64,000 nucleotides of DNA, taken from Oculina patagonica. Its lineage: Eukaryota. The notes under the pieces were generated by a model. It saw only the letters and a program-made list of their open reading frames with translations. It did no database searches and was not told the origin of the DNA. A program made the translations under genes and the position numbers. The DNA lies in the NCBI RefSeq assembly GCF_052425735.1, contig NC_135767.1:6820001-6884000 (forward strand), written 5' to 3'. Every line of letters begins with the position of its first letter. Positions within the stretch are counted from its first letter, which is position 1. This document shows, in pieces, positions 38,001 to 62,345 of this stretch.

Positions 38001-39054
38001 AGGGTCTTTATCTGAAAAAAATTCCCCAGCAAACCCTTACGAACCGGTTGACCTGACCTACAACTCCTAAAAGCTGGCTATGTAACGCCCCTGATAGCAT
38101 TTCGTGTGCCACTGGTTACATGAATGAAGAGAAAAATATTCGACCTAGATATGTATGGTCCGTTAATTTTGTCAAAGAGAAAACAAACCTACCCGGGCAA
38201 AAACCAGACTACGGTCCTGAGCACAATATTATAATTCTTAGAAAAAAAAAATTAAATTTTCATATGCAAAAGAGTAAAAGTAACAGCATTTACTCAAAGC
38301 TGAAGATCCTCTAGAAAAAAAGCGTAAAAAATGTGTAACATCTGTTATTGCTGTAAATGTATGTTCACGAAGAATAATTACTTAACCATTGCAAATATTT
38401 TTGAAATGACATTTTAAAATTTCTTTTTTCTCATTTTTAAAAGGTATCCTGAGACAAGGAAGCGACGGTTTATATCGAAGTCACTTTGGTAGCATAAAGT
38501 ATCAAAAAGGTCACTTGGCCCCAAAGTTTACTTTATCAAGTGACCGAAAGCGCCTGGATTCCACCTACTCATATACAAACGCCGTGCCGCAGTGTCCAAG
38601 GTTTAATGCTGGTCAATGGTCCAAAATTGAAGACAAAGTTCGAATTTATGCTCAATACATTTGCACTCAACCAAACGAGGGGCAGCAGCCTGGAACTTTG
38701 TATCTTTTAACCGGTACTTCTTTTGTTAGCATTAAAAAAGGCGGCAAGCTGTTTCACCCTAAAATAAAAGAATTGGACACAAAATTGGACAAAACCGCAA
38801 CCATAGATATTCCTAATTCATTGTGGACTGCTGGCTGTTGTGTACGCCCAAATAATAACGCAGAGAGTTTTGCAGTGATTGGAAACAATGTGCAGAATAA
38901 AAAAGACTTGCTTAGAAGGAGAATTACCGTAAAAAAGCTGCAAGAGGTTCTTGCAGCCGGGGTTATTAAACGAAATATCGGCGGACCATCTGTCAATCTG
39001 TTTCCAGGCAATGCAGCTTGCAGAAACAATGATAGCAAGAATTTCAAATTGTAA
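34940..39054 (+). CDS. Secreted DNA/RNA non-specific endonuclease, ENDOD1-like (paralog R), 3 exons, ~354 aa
   Basis: Exons 34940-35033 (signal peptide), 36492-36851 and 38444-39054, with phase-1 GT-AG junctions and a continuous frame. Motif QKGHLAP...SYTNAVPQCPRFNAGQWSKIE. Clear paralog of the minus-strand gene. Confidence 0.88.
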
Positions 39055-41268
39055 CTTAAATAAACGAATGAAGAAGTAAATAAGAAAACGTTGTAAGTAA
39101 ATCAAAAACTATAACTTAAAATCGGCAAACTTCTTGCTGAGTTTGTTAGGCTGCCTTGGGTAGGCCATTGAATTTCATTACCCTAATTATATATAATTCA
39201 TATAATATCCCTATTGACAAAACTGAAAAAAAAAATCAATGGCAGAATTTTGTCAGGAAATAATCTCTTGGCTAGCAGTAGTAGGATGCACGAGAAACTG
39301 TAAACGAAGAAAGAAGTGTTCATTAAATGCGGTGTTCGGTAAGATTGTTGTGTCCTTGGGTACCAGGCGATATCACCGGTCATGATATTTATCGACTGCT
39401 GGTTCGTGGTGGGGGAGGGGGGGGGGGAGGGTGCTGAGTCGAGGGATTTCGGGAGCTTCTCTTGATTTGATGGTGATCGAATCGGGGATTACTCAATAAA
39501 GCTAAGACAGCCAAAATTAAGAGCCAGTTTTATGCCAGAGATTCATGGCGATCAGTAATCGCGATCGGGTTTCGTACAACTGGCCCTAGACTCGGTTGTC
39601 GGAAAGCTGGATTAAGATACCACGTATTAACCGAGTTCGAGGTCCGTTCTGGGCCATTAATCGACGGGAAAAACCGAGGGTCCGTATTTTACAGTACCAA
39701 TAGAGAAAACGAGGTTAATAAGATATTTATTTCATCTCTCACTCAGGAGAAAAGAAAATATTTCAAGACATTCGCGCGCCCGGCAGCTACATTTGAATGA
39801 CGCGCGTCAAAAGCAAAACGACAGTGAATTTTATTGGCTTTGGAAAACAGTTTGCAGTTGGCTCGTGGAGACGTGAATCTGAACTTCAAACGTTTTAATT
39901 TTACGATTAATCCGTAGTAACTTTCAGTGGAAGGATGAATACTGGATACGGTTCAAGATTACTTTAAAATAACGTCTGAAATGAACTGAAGCTTGTTAAA
40001 CAGAGAGGAAACTCTACTGAGACAAAACACTGGACAAAAGCACCGCGAGCAACTTTTAATACAACCCGTTCGCCCGTCTTTCGAAAACTTGAGATTCTGC
40101 AATATTCCTCACAAAATATACTAAACGGCAGAACGCTAGATTGCCAAGAAACAACTGGCAAAAACCACAGGGACCGGCGTCAATTTTTTAGCGCTTTGTT
40201 GACCTTTAATTCGTTGCACACATCACTGTGTTTGTAGGGTATATATGTGCCGCTTGGCAGGGTAAAGTTTTGAAGTATTTTGCTGGTCTAAATCAGGTTT
40301 GACAAATCTCCTTATTTTAGTCATGATCAGGAACAGGCAAACAATTTTTTGGACATATGAATGAGGGAAATATCGGCTTTACTCTCACAGAAGTTTCTTT
40401 AGAGCCGCTTCGTTAAATTTTATGTTTCTTCTATTGGATCCTTTATACTAAATGACTTTTAAACCCACACTTACATAAGCTTATACTCTTTTTAGCGCAC
40501 ATTTTATATGATTTCTCAGTCACAGCGAAATTATTTACTTCAAAGGGAACTTTCTCAAACTTTTCTCGTAGAAATGCGACAAAATAACATTTTTTTAAAA
40601 TATTTTCCTTACAGAAACTCGCTGAATGCATTATTGGCACAACGAAAATCAAAATCTTATAATCGGAAGTCGTGAAATCAAATTTCAATGGATATCAAAA
40701 TCCAGCCTTTCAAATCACTCACTCAGTTAAAGTCACCACGAGCCTTTACCTCAATGAATCTAATGGATGCTCGGAAATGCGTGCTACAGCTGAATTTTAC
40801 TAATTTTTACTGATTTTTCTCGTTTCTGAGTCGCTTCTTTTGTCGAGTTTGGGTGATCCACTGGAGCCAGTGTGACGTGATGACGTCATAATAATGTTTT
40901 CTCAACCTCGTTCTCAGGTGCCTCTCTTCACCACTGGAACGAGGTTGAACCTCGTTCTCAGTTTCTCTGTCTCTCTCTCCCCGCCCAACAAGGTTTGAGA
41001 ATAGCAAGCATTTTCCAGAAGAAGGTTTGGCGAAAAAACTCAGCTAGTTTACAAGTGTGATGTGCTAAGCAGGACCAGCACTCATTCCAACTCTCTTAAC
41101 TTGGAACCCTCGTGTCCCCATAGTCAGCTACTCTGGTATATTCTTTAGTCTATTCTGCCAGTTAGTGAACGTGATCTTAGTATTTCACGTGATGACAATT
41201 CCAGGCGACAACAAGTCATCACGTTTATGACACGTGATAACATCGAGTCATCACGTGCCATAACAGTT

Positions 41269-44200
41269 CTAATGGGGTCTGCTGTGAACGATTTTCCCGT
41301 TCTTTATGACGAACTTGATCACATCATCATGGCCGCCAAGTTGATAGACAAGATGTTCCCACCTGCAACAACAAATAAGATATAAAGATGAAGAATTTCA
41401 AACCACAGAGGTCTGAGGTCTTGAGGTCTGAGGACATAATGAATTCTAAAACACCCAACGCATCAGGCAAACCTCATAAGGTGTCCAAAGGCAAGTAATA
41501 TCTCAAGTTAGGCCACCTCTCGATGCAATGCTTAAGCACAATAAAAAGCCTTTTAAACCCAAGTTTCTCATAGCTTCAGGAGTAAAGCTATTCCCCCTGG
41601 ATGGGATGCTAGTCCATCACAGGTTATTCCCCAGCATTCTATCAGGTTTCCCCTACAATTCGCTGGTACTCATTTATATTCCTGGGTGGAGAGAGGTGCT
41701 ATTAGAGTAAAGTGTCTTGCCCAGGAACACAACATGATCCAGCACTGCATGGGCCACTTAATCCCGAGTCCAACACACTAAGCGTTGGCCCCTTCCAGCT
41801 TCACTGTACAATGGGGTTGGTTAAATATTGGCAATGTACAGTCTTGCAAATGTCCATACCCACCTCAAAGAAGACCATGGATATTAACTCTAGGAAGGGA
41901 AGGGGGCTGCCACGTAGTTGGGTTCAAAAGCCAAAGTTTTTTAAGCAAAGTATGAAGGTAAACTAGAATTTCAGAGGGATGGGAGGGTTCAACCAAAAAC
42001 TTTTACTGGGAGGGGAAAGGATATTTTCTACAACATTGCAATTTTTTAATTTTTCCTTACAGGTTTTCACCAATGCAGTGTTGACCATTTTCAGAATTTT
42101 ATTTCAAAAATTAGGCGCTGGGTTAATTGCAATTGTCCTCAAAGCATAAAAGCTCCTTAACATTTTTTCTATACCTTGGAGCATCAATAACCAACATGTC
42201 AGCCACCTTTCCAGGCTCCAGAGACCCATGAGTGTGTGACCGGCCCAGAGATGCTGCGGCATTGATTGTAGCAGCTGCCAGACTCTCCTCCATTGTCATG
42301 CGCAGATTAACACAAGCAAGGTGCATTGTTAAAGGCTAAACAAACAAAATAAGATAGACTCAGTTTACACTATAGCTTGAAAAGAGTGGGCTGTTTACAA
42401 TAGCGTTAACACCTGATGTTAGTTTGAGGTGTCTTATTCTACAGTACTGCAACAGTAAACTGATTATAAGCTGAATTTTTGTGGAAGCATACACAGGGCT
42501 ACCTCTAGATGCTAGGTGCATCCAAGCTGCATAGAAAATAGTTCAGTTGAATACATCACTAAAGGGATTTGTCTGAATGTCAAATGAGTTTGTTTGGCAG
42601 ATTGCAGAAGCTAGCTTACTTTTTTTCACTCACATTACTGTACACTATTAATAAGTTCTTTTTAAGCCCTCCTCTTCCTTCAAGAACTTGTCTGTGAGTT
42701 AACTCAATACCCAGGGATGTAGCTATAAAGATCCAGCAACCAGCGTGGTATTAAAAGAGCTAGCTTATCACCAGCTGAAATGCTCTTACTAACTGGCAAG
42801 CCCCAAACACTTGGGATAATTTTGAAGGTATAAAGATCACAAGAGCTGACTGAATACACCCATTTCCTAAGATGTTGACCCAAAACAATCGAGCCTTGCT
42901 TACAAACCAACTCAGCAAGATGCTTGCACTACACAACACTTTTTTTTTCCTTGTGACAACAAGGCTAAATACCTTACCATGGACAGGCAGAATGCATTGG
43001 GATTAAAATCAGATCCAAGAGCAACTGGAACACCTGTTCAAAAACATACAGTAACCACTTGGTTAGTGGTGTGATACAAATTCCTTGCTTGCAATAATTG
43101 TCACTGAGTGTTTTTTGCTTTGGACAATTAATGTGTGACAACTATTAATTTAGTTTTCTATTTCTTTCTTAATTGGATCAAACAGTATTAATTTAAGCAT
43201 GTCACGTTCTCATCACATACCTCAACACATACATTGCCTCAACACATACTAAAGATTAATTTCAATTGAAGTTCAATTATCATATTATTCCCTCAAAAAT
43301 TGTTTTGTTGGGAAGTTATAGTACAGGTATGCCAAGCAAAACAGAAGACACCTAACTCAACACGAAAAAATGATTGTTCATTTCAGTAATTACCTTATAA
43401 GATTTGCAATTATCTTATAAGATACGTCATTGTTTGTGTGCATGTACAGTTATAATTATTTATTATGTAAGTAAGTGCTGAATCCCAAGAGGTACTCATT
43501 GTCAACAATTTAATGGGGGTGCGGTGGGAGGTGGTATACACATGAGATTGTATTTATACAATATTTTTTAATGACAGCGAGCAATATAAAGTGTTAATAA
43601 AAAGATTCAATGAGGCTGCAGGGTTTTTGACTATAAAAATTTGGGTTTGCTTCTGTCAACTGCATTTTTTAGAGGGGGGGGACATTTTAGCATTATTCAC
43701 ACCTCTCTACTCAAAAAAATCACTTTGAACACAGCAAGGTTGAAAGCAAAGAGGAGGGTGTACATTTATGATGTACACCTTAATTTTGCCTGATTTTTAA
43801 TTTATTAAGTGTGGGATATACTGCAGCTACATGTAAATCTCTACCTGATTTTATCATTGCCCTTGCTGGTGGGCACTTCAGTCTTAGGATATATGCCGTG
43901 GTGGGAAGAAGCACGGCAGTAACAGATGCTGCAGACATGGCTTGAATTCCCTCATCACTTACTTCTTCAAGATGGCTAATTGCTCTTGCCCCAAGTTTAG
44001 CACCTAGCTGACATGCAATAAAATTGTTTTCTGTATTAGAGTATAAAAGACAACCTCAGGAACTTTTGATCTTCAAGTAAGAAAGTTAGTTATTAATCTG
44101 TTGCTGGTGGGGATGTAGAACAGCTAAAAGTTATATGAGGCCCTAAGACACCCCAGTATTATTAACCCAGGGTCTGGGGTCAACCCAGTTCTTGTAAAGG

Positions 44201-47200
44201 GTCATGTTAAGTTTTGTCAGCTAGTGGATGGTACCCCTGCATGGCAAGTGATCTACGGGTAGCTTCTTGTTTAATAATAAATGTGACTTAAAGTATTAAT
44301 TTCCATCAAACACAGTTGTCCAATTCCAGGGCACGAAAAGAGTGCCGTCCACTTGTCCAGGACAAGTTGATTTACCTTTCATGCAAGTATGGAAACTTTT
44401 CATGCTTCTTTGCCCCATGGGCAAGGACCCAGGTAAGATAAAAAGTTGTCTAGTGCATGATTTCAAAACTGAAAAGTAAACAAAGACAAGCATGCAACTG
44501 TCCTCGGCAAGCAAAATTTGAGGGCTGCTTGTCCAAAAAGCTAGCTGGAATCAGTCAAGTTTTTTTTTGCAAGCCCTAAATTCACTCAAACTCTTTGGGT
44601 CTGAATTGTCTCGTTGCTTAGAACATTGTCAGATTTTTTTCTCTCGGTTTAAATTTCAAAAGACAGTGTTACACCTAACACATTGAACAGTCGAGCCCTG
44701 AACTCTGACCCTAACCCTTTAAAGATGCACTACAATTAATGTACATCTGTGATTCATTCCCCCATTTAATAATGTTCATCAGGAATATACTTTAGATACA
44801 TTTATTTCAGTAAATTTGGCATTTTGTGTTGTTTATTTACCTCAGCAGCTTTCATTGGATGCAATTCATCACCATGGAAATTTAGCGCCAATCCAGCAGC
44901 CTTTCCTGCTTCAAGAATCCTTCTTGTTTCTTCTAACCCAAACACACCTTTCTCACAAAACACGTCAATGTTATCGACAGTTATTTCCTTATTTTTTATC
45001 AGTTCTTGAAGCTTGGGAATCTGGTCATTGACCACATTATTGGTTGCCTCTTCAGGAGTACTCCCTCTGTGAGGACAACAAAATTTTAACATTTACTTTA
45101 AAAAATAGTCTGCATTCGAGCTGTTGTGCATGTAGTGGCCCGTCAGGGCAGAGCTTACCCCAGGTTCCATAACATGAAGTGACTGGGAGTTCCCCCCCCC
45201 CCTCCTTGCGGGATTACCCCCAGCATTAAAATCCCTGGTACCCATTTATACACCTGGGTGGAGAGAGGCACTATGAGAGTAAAGTGTCTTGCCTATAATT
45301 TGGAACACAACCCAGTGCCCCGGCTAGATTTGGGCTCGAACTCTGACAGCTGAAATCAGAGTCCAGCGCAGTTAACCATTAGGCCATGTGCCAGTCCCAT
45401 GTATAAGATTTACCGTAAACACCCACGGATAAGCCGCACCCGCAGATAAGCCGCACCCTGAGTTTAACAACTCAAATGTTGGAAAAAAGTTTTTTGAAAG
45501 TAAATCAAAGAAAATCCAAAGTCGAGTCAAAAATCCAAAGTTGAGACTTTAGAAAGTCTTCTTCATCGAACGTAAACTCAATGAACATTGAAACAGAAAA
45601 TACTTCAGTCTTACCCACAATTTGAGCTCTTTAATATAATAATTTAAACCAACTTTGACATATTATGGGTGATCTTTTTCTGGCATTTTTTGACAGGTAT
45701 TTCTTCATTCAATGCAGTTTTTCCATAGATTTTTGTGTCACAACAACAAGAACTTGCGTTTTGCCGAACGTTCATAGCTTAGTAACCAGGCATTTGATCG
45801 GACGCGAAATATGGGACTAGGGCGAGAACGTAAAGCAAAACAAGATGGCGATGGAGGCGTTCGGGTTTCGTGGCTATCATATCGGCAAATTAAAGAGATT
45901 TGGGAGCCATCTATTGGAGATAAACTCGTTGCATGAAGAGAGTTTCGTAATCAGTTCGACAAATTTTCCATCAAAGTGCAAAATGAGAGAGAAACAATTG
46001 GCCATCTTACTCGTGAATACTCGTGGTATTTTCTCAATCGTAAAGTATCAATATTACTGTTAGAAGTTATAGGCCATTGTCGACACTGCAAGCAGTATAG
46101 GAGCTGTCAATCTTGCAAAAGCAATGACCAGTACTCTCTTGTAGTTTTATGTTACATGAATTTACATAATGTTCCATAAATTAGCATCAGTTCACGAAAA
46201 TTTACGGCACCTTTTCCGAATGTTCCCGCAGATAAGCCGCACCCCCGCTTTCGAGTGAAAATTTTTGGAAAAAAGGTGCGGCTTATCAGCGGGTTTTTAC
46301 AGTTTAAAATACCAATAAGAAATTTTTTTTGCTATACTGTCATGCAAGTTAAAAAAAAATGATTTTCCAGATTTATACATAGTTTAACACTAACTCATAA
46401 TTTGAGCATGATGACTGTATACTATACCTACTTAGGAACTGAATGAGCTCCACAGAACGTGCTGGAAATCTCAATAGGCAACTCTTTTTTAGCCTTCTCA
46501 ATGACTCTCAGCATCTTCATTTCTGATTCCACATCTAACCCATAACCACTCTTTGCTTCCACTAATGTTGTCCCTGACCGTAACATTCTGAGGAGCCATT
46601 TTCTAAGTGATGTGTACAGCTCCTCTTCTGTAGCCTTGCGCACATGTTCAACAGTAAAACCTATTCCACCTCCTGCCTTGTGAATATCCATGTAAGTGGC
46701 TCCTGCAAGCTGGTGTTTTAAAATTAATTATTTTAAAGAGGAGTAACAGAGCTATTAGCAAACCCAAAAAAATAAGAGAGACTATAAAATTTGGCTAAAT
46801 GGAATTAAGGCTATGTTAGAACTGGGTCAATGCTGGTCTGTGGCTCTATGCAGTAGTCATGCCTTTTGAGGTGTATACCTAAATTGTGCAGTTCCAGAAA
46901 ATATCCAGTACCCATCCCAAAGAAGGTCGTTGAAAATTCTGAAGGGCGGGGGGGGGGGGGGGGGGGGGGTCTCAAAAGTCAAATTTTTTAAAGGGAAGTA
47001 TGAGGCTTAACTGAAATTTCCAGACGGGTGGGGGTATTCATTGACAAACAAAAAACCTTCCAAGAGAGGGGTATGGATATTCTCTGGAACAACACATTGG
47101 GGTTCACAAGGGGTATCATATTATTCAGAGTATTTGTATTTGGATTAACTGCAGTCCATTCCATTTGTTTTCTTTAGGATACAGATACTAAGAAGAACTA

Positions 47201-48374
47201 GACTGTTTTATACTACCGGTAGTTAAATTTTAATTTTGGGAGGTACTGAACACCACCATACCACAAAACTGGAAAATATGTATTGATATTAGAAATGTTT
47301 TGTTTACCTTCATAGCAAATTCATGAACCCTGTCACCCACCCACACGGGATGGGTGTGACCATCGATAAGACCTGAAGTGTAATTGGAGGAAAGAATTAT
47401 ACAATTAGCATAATTATTTGTCCGTCATAAGCTTCCTCTTTTTGTCAAATCCCAGAAAACAAGTTAAGGGACACTACTTTTAAGATATTTATCATTCTTG
47501 TGTAAGGGAAGAAAGTTGGTGTCATTTTAATTTTAATGTTTTTCAGGGTGTTCATTAGGCATCGGAGATCAGAGAATTCTCAGTCCTTCTACTTCGTAGA
47601 ATTCTCTATTACAATTCTTAATGAAAACCCTGGTTTTTTAAATTATTGCTTTACATGCAAATTAAGACAACTTACATATAAGTTATAGGCACAAATGATA
47701 TAAGGCTGCAATAACATGGACCCCTTGCCTGAAAAATGTTCCCAGAGCCCTCTTTTTTCTTTCTTGGCAGAGGCAGAAGGGGACGTTCCACGACAAAAAA
47801 TCAAGGCTTTGGATTCCTGTTATCCTTAGCTATAGGTGGGTTTGATATCCACTGAGCCCAGTAGAGGCAAGCTTGTTTGGGCCAAAAGCAATTTACACCC
47901 TTTGGGCCCCTGATTATATTATAAAAAGCCAAATTTGGGTTAGTTAGACAACAATTAACAAATAAAAAGGGGATGTCCTAATTAAACATTCCCTCTCCCC
48001 ACCTCCTTATGTTCCCATCCCCCTTCCCCTTCCGAGTCCCCCGTGACCCGAGTCTTCTTGCTTGATGTCTACTCGATTTTTAAAACTTAATCATTAGTCC
48101 AGTGAAATAAATACATCTTACCTGGTATAACACACATTCCAGAAGCATCTACTTCTTCTTTAAAAGTACACTTTGGATACTGTAGGTCGACTTTGTCATC
48201 AAAATCAATGCATTCAATTTTTCCCGCGTTATCGACCACAATAGACACACCTCTATCTTGCCCCCCTTCGAGAATCGCCAGATTCTTCATCGATTCCCCC
48301 GTCAAAATACGCTCTTTGTTATTACATACTAACACTACTTGTTTTGCGTGTCGAATTCTAAGGTTATACATCAT
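41269..48374 (-). CDS. AMDHD1: Imidazolonepropionase (amidohydrolase domain-containing 1, HutI), 8 exons, ~431 aa
   Basis: Exons 48374-48122, 47372-47308, 46709-46432, 45066-44841, 44007-43845, 43033-42978, 42335-42175, 41362-41269. Phases are consistent. Motifs PGLIDGHTHPVW, GGGIGFTV, GTTLVEAKSGYGL, DVFCEKGVF, FHGDEL, ISHLEE, ALGSDFNPN, GSLEPGKVAD, RWEHLVYQLG. Confidence 0.96.
41530..41790 (-). mobile_element. SINE-family fragment (same family as 45120-45390)
   Basis: Shared core ccctggatgggatgctagtccatc...ctggtactcatttatattcctgggtggagagagg...agagtaaagtgtcttgcccagg. Confidence 0.6.
45120..45390 (-). mobile_element. SINE-family fragment
   Basis: ggtacccatttatacacctgggtggagagaggcactatgagagtaaagtgtcttgcc core, shared with 41660-41730 and, in reverse, with 54120-54160 and 51830-51890. 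Confidence 0.65.
45413..46302 (+). mobile_element. Pogo/Tc1-like TIR element carrying a decayed HIRAN-like ORF (AMDHD1 intron 3)
   Basis: TIRs ccgtaaacacccacggataagccgcacc / ggtgcggcttatcagcgggtttttacag. Internal 45845-46095 translates, with one frameshift and one stop, to FRGYH..WEPSIGDKLVA*REFRNQFDKFSIKV..ETIGHLTREYS. Confidence 0.7.
46882..47098. mobile_element. MITE with poly-G centre
   Basis: aattgtgcagttccagaaaatatcca ... tggatattctctggaacaacacatt; diverged relative at ~41832-42045. Confidence 0.6.
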
Positions 48375-48787
48375 TAATTTGAGATAAATTGAAGATTTGA
48401 AATCCCAATTTTGTCGAATTTTGCCACGTTGGTCAGCTGCTACTTTCATATTAGCATGCGCTCTTTTGTCCGGCACAGTTACTATGACGACAGTCAACCT
48501 CGTTATCATTCCAAACAGAAAATGGCTCCTGCTCTTCCACAAGAAACATGTTTACAACTCCAAAACTTATAGGGTTTTGGTGAAAAATTTAGCCTATAAA
48601 CTAAGATCTAACGGTGATCGACAGAAGAATATACAATTTATTTCCAAATAAATCACTCTAATCGCTTAGAGGCATCAGGTCTGCTCTAAGCAACTTCTTC
48701 AAACGTGGTGTACCTGATGATCAGCGAGAATTTTAAAGGCTTGCAAAAGATTTTTGTAGCTGTATCACATTAATTGCAGAGATCAAA
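48375..48787. promoter_or_regulatory. Bidirectional promoter/5'UTR region shared by AMDHD1 and CFAP100
   Basis: The two predicted start codons are divergent and only 413 bp apart. Confidence 0.65.
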
Positions 48788-61081
<12,294 letters not shown>

Positions 61082-62163
61082 AATATCATAATTTCTTCAG
61101 TTAGTTGTTTTATTTTAAAAACAAGAAAGCTTGTTTTAGTACATTTTGTTTTGAACACGCTTCACGTGATTCAGAAAGATCCCTCCTCACGGGGAAAAAT
61201 TCGCTAGCGGAAGTATAAGAAATACTCACTGTAAGTAACTTTCGTGAGATTTGGTTCTCAAGTGGGGACTCTTGTAAAAATTTTAATACGGAAAGAGATT
61301 TGTTTGTGTAATATTTATACAATAAACTACAAGGAATGTTATATATGATGGGTTAAATTCCTGCGTAAAAGATACACTGACTGAAAAAGCACGCTTTGAG
61401 TACTGTTGAAACTTTGAACGTGACATCTAAGAGAGCGTGACTAAGCGTGACATTTCAGCGAGCGTGACGAATGTTGGCACGCATAGCCACGTCGACCGCC
61501 TTAGATCTTTGTAGAAATATTATTTCCCGAATTTGTTTTTTGGTTGTTTATGTTTTTCTTGAAAATAGTTGTCGATATGTTGTGATGATTAAACGTTGAA
61601 CTTTTAACTACGTTAAATCTTCACTCAGTTTTCTATTTCTCTAAATTTTATAAATCCTTCGAAAAAAACGATTTCCTCCCAAACATACCCGAAAATCGCC
61701 AAAAATTTACAATACCCCCAAAACATAGATTCATGTTATGCGCATAGAGTTTTTGGATTGCTTGGAATGCAAACGAAATAACTCCAGTAAACCCATGTTA
61801 AGTGGCGGAAAATGGCATTCATGTATTCTCCCGCCCTAAAGATGTGCGACCCAGTGCACCTTTGAATTTCAGCATCTTGATTTCAGTCATAACCATGTTC
61901 AAATTAGGGTAAATTTGGCGCAAATATAGTTGGTATTTAAATCTAAATTCTACTTTAATACTAAATCATTGTTTTTGTGGACTCGGATTAACTAGTCCCC
62001 AGGTTCTAGAGCATCAGTGAGAGCGGGGAAACAGGGTGCGCAGGACTTGGTGGTTAGGAGGCGAAACGTGAGAACTTTTTGCATGAGGCAGTATCATTTT
62101 GCATTTATTAAGACATAACGACAGAAACCTCAGAATTGTGTATCACAATGTCAGCGTGTAGTA

Positions 62164-62345
62164 CAGTTGAATCTCGATAACTCGAACCCTCAATAACTCG
62201 AACCTCCCGCTAACTCGAACCTTTTCTAATTCCCCTCCAGGTGTTTTCTTACACTGTACTATATTTACCCTCGATAACTCGAACTCCCGATATCTCGAAC
62301 CTTTTCCGATTACCCTTGAAGGTTCGAGTTATCGGGATTCAACTG
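62164..62345. mobile_element. Tc1/mariner-type MITE, TA TSD
   Basis: TA-cagttgaatctcgataactcgaacc ... ggttcgagttatcgggattcaactg-TA. Confidence 0.85.

Noticed and set aside
48375-48542. N-terminal extension of AMDHD1 suggested by the 151-aa ORF
   Set aside because: It uses a non-ATG start in the track. Family similarity begins at MMYNLRIRHAKQVV (48374); the extension is probably UTR/promoter.
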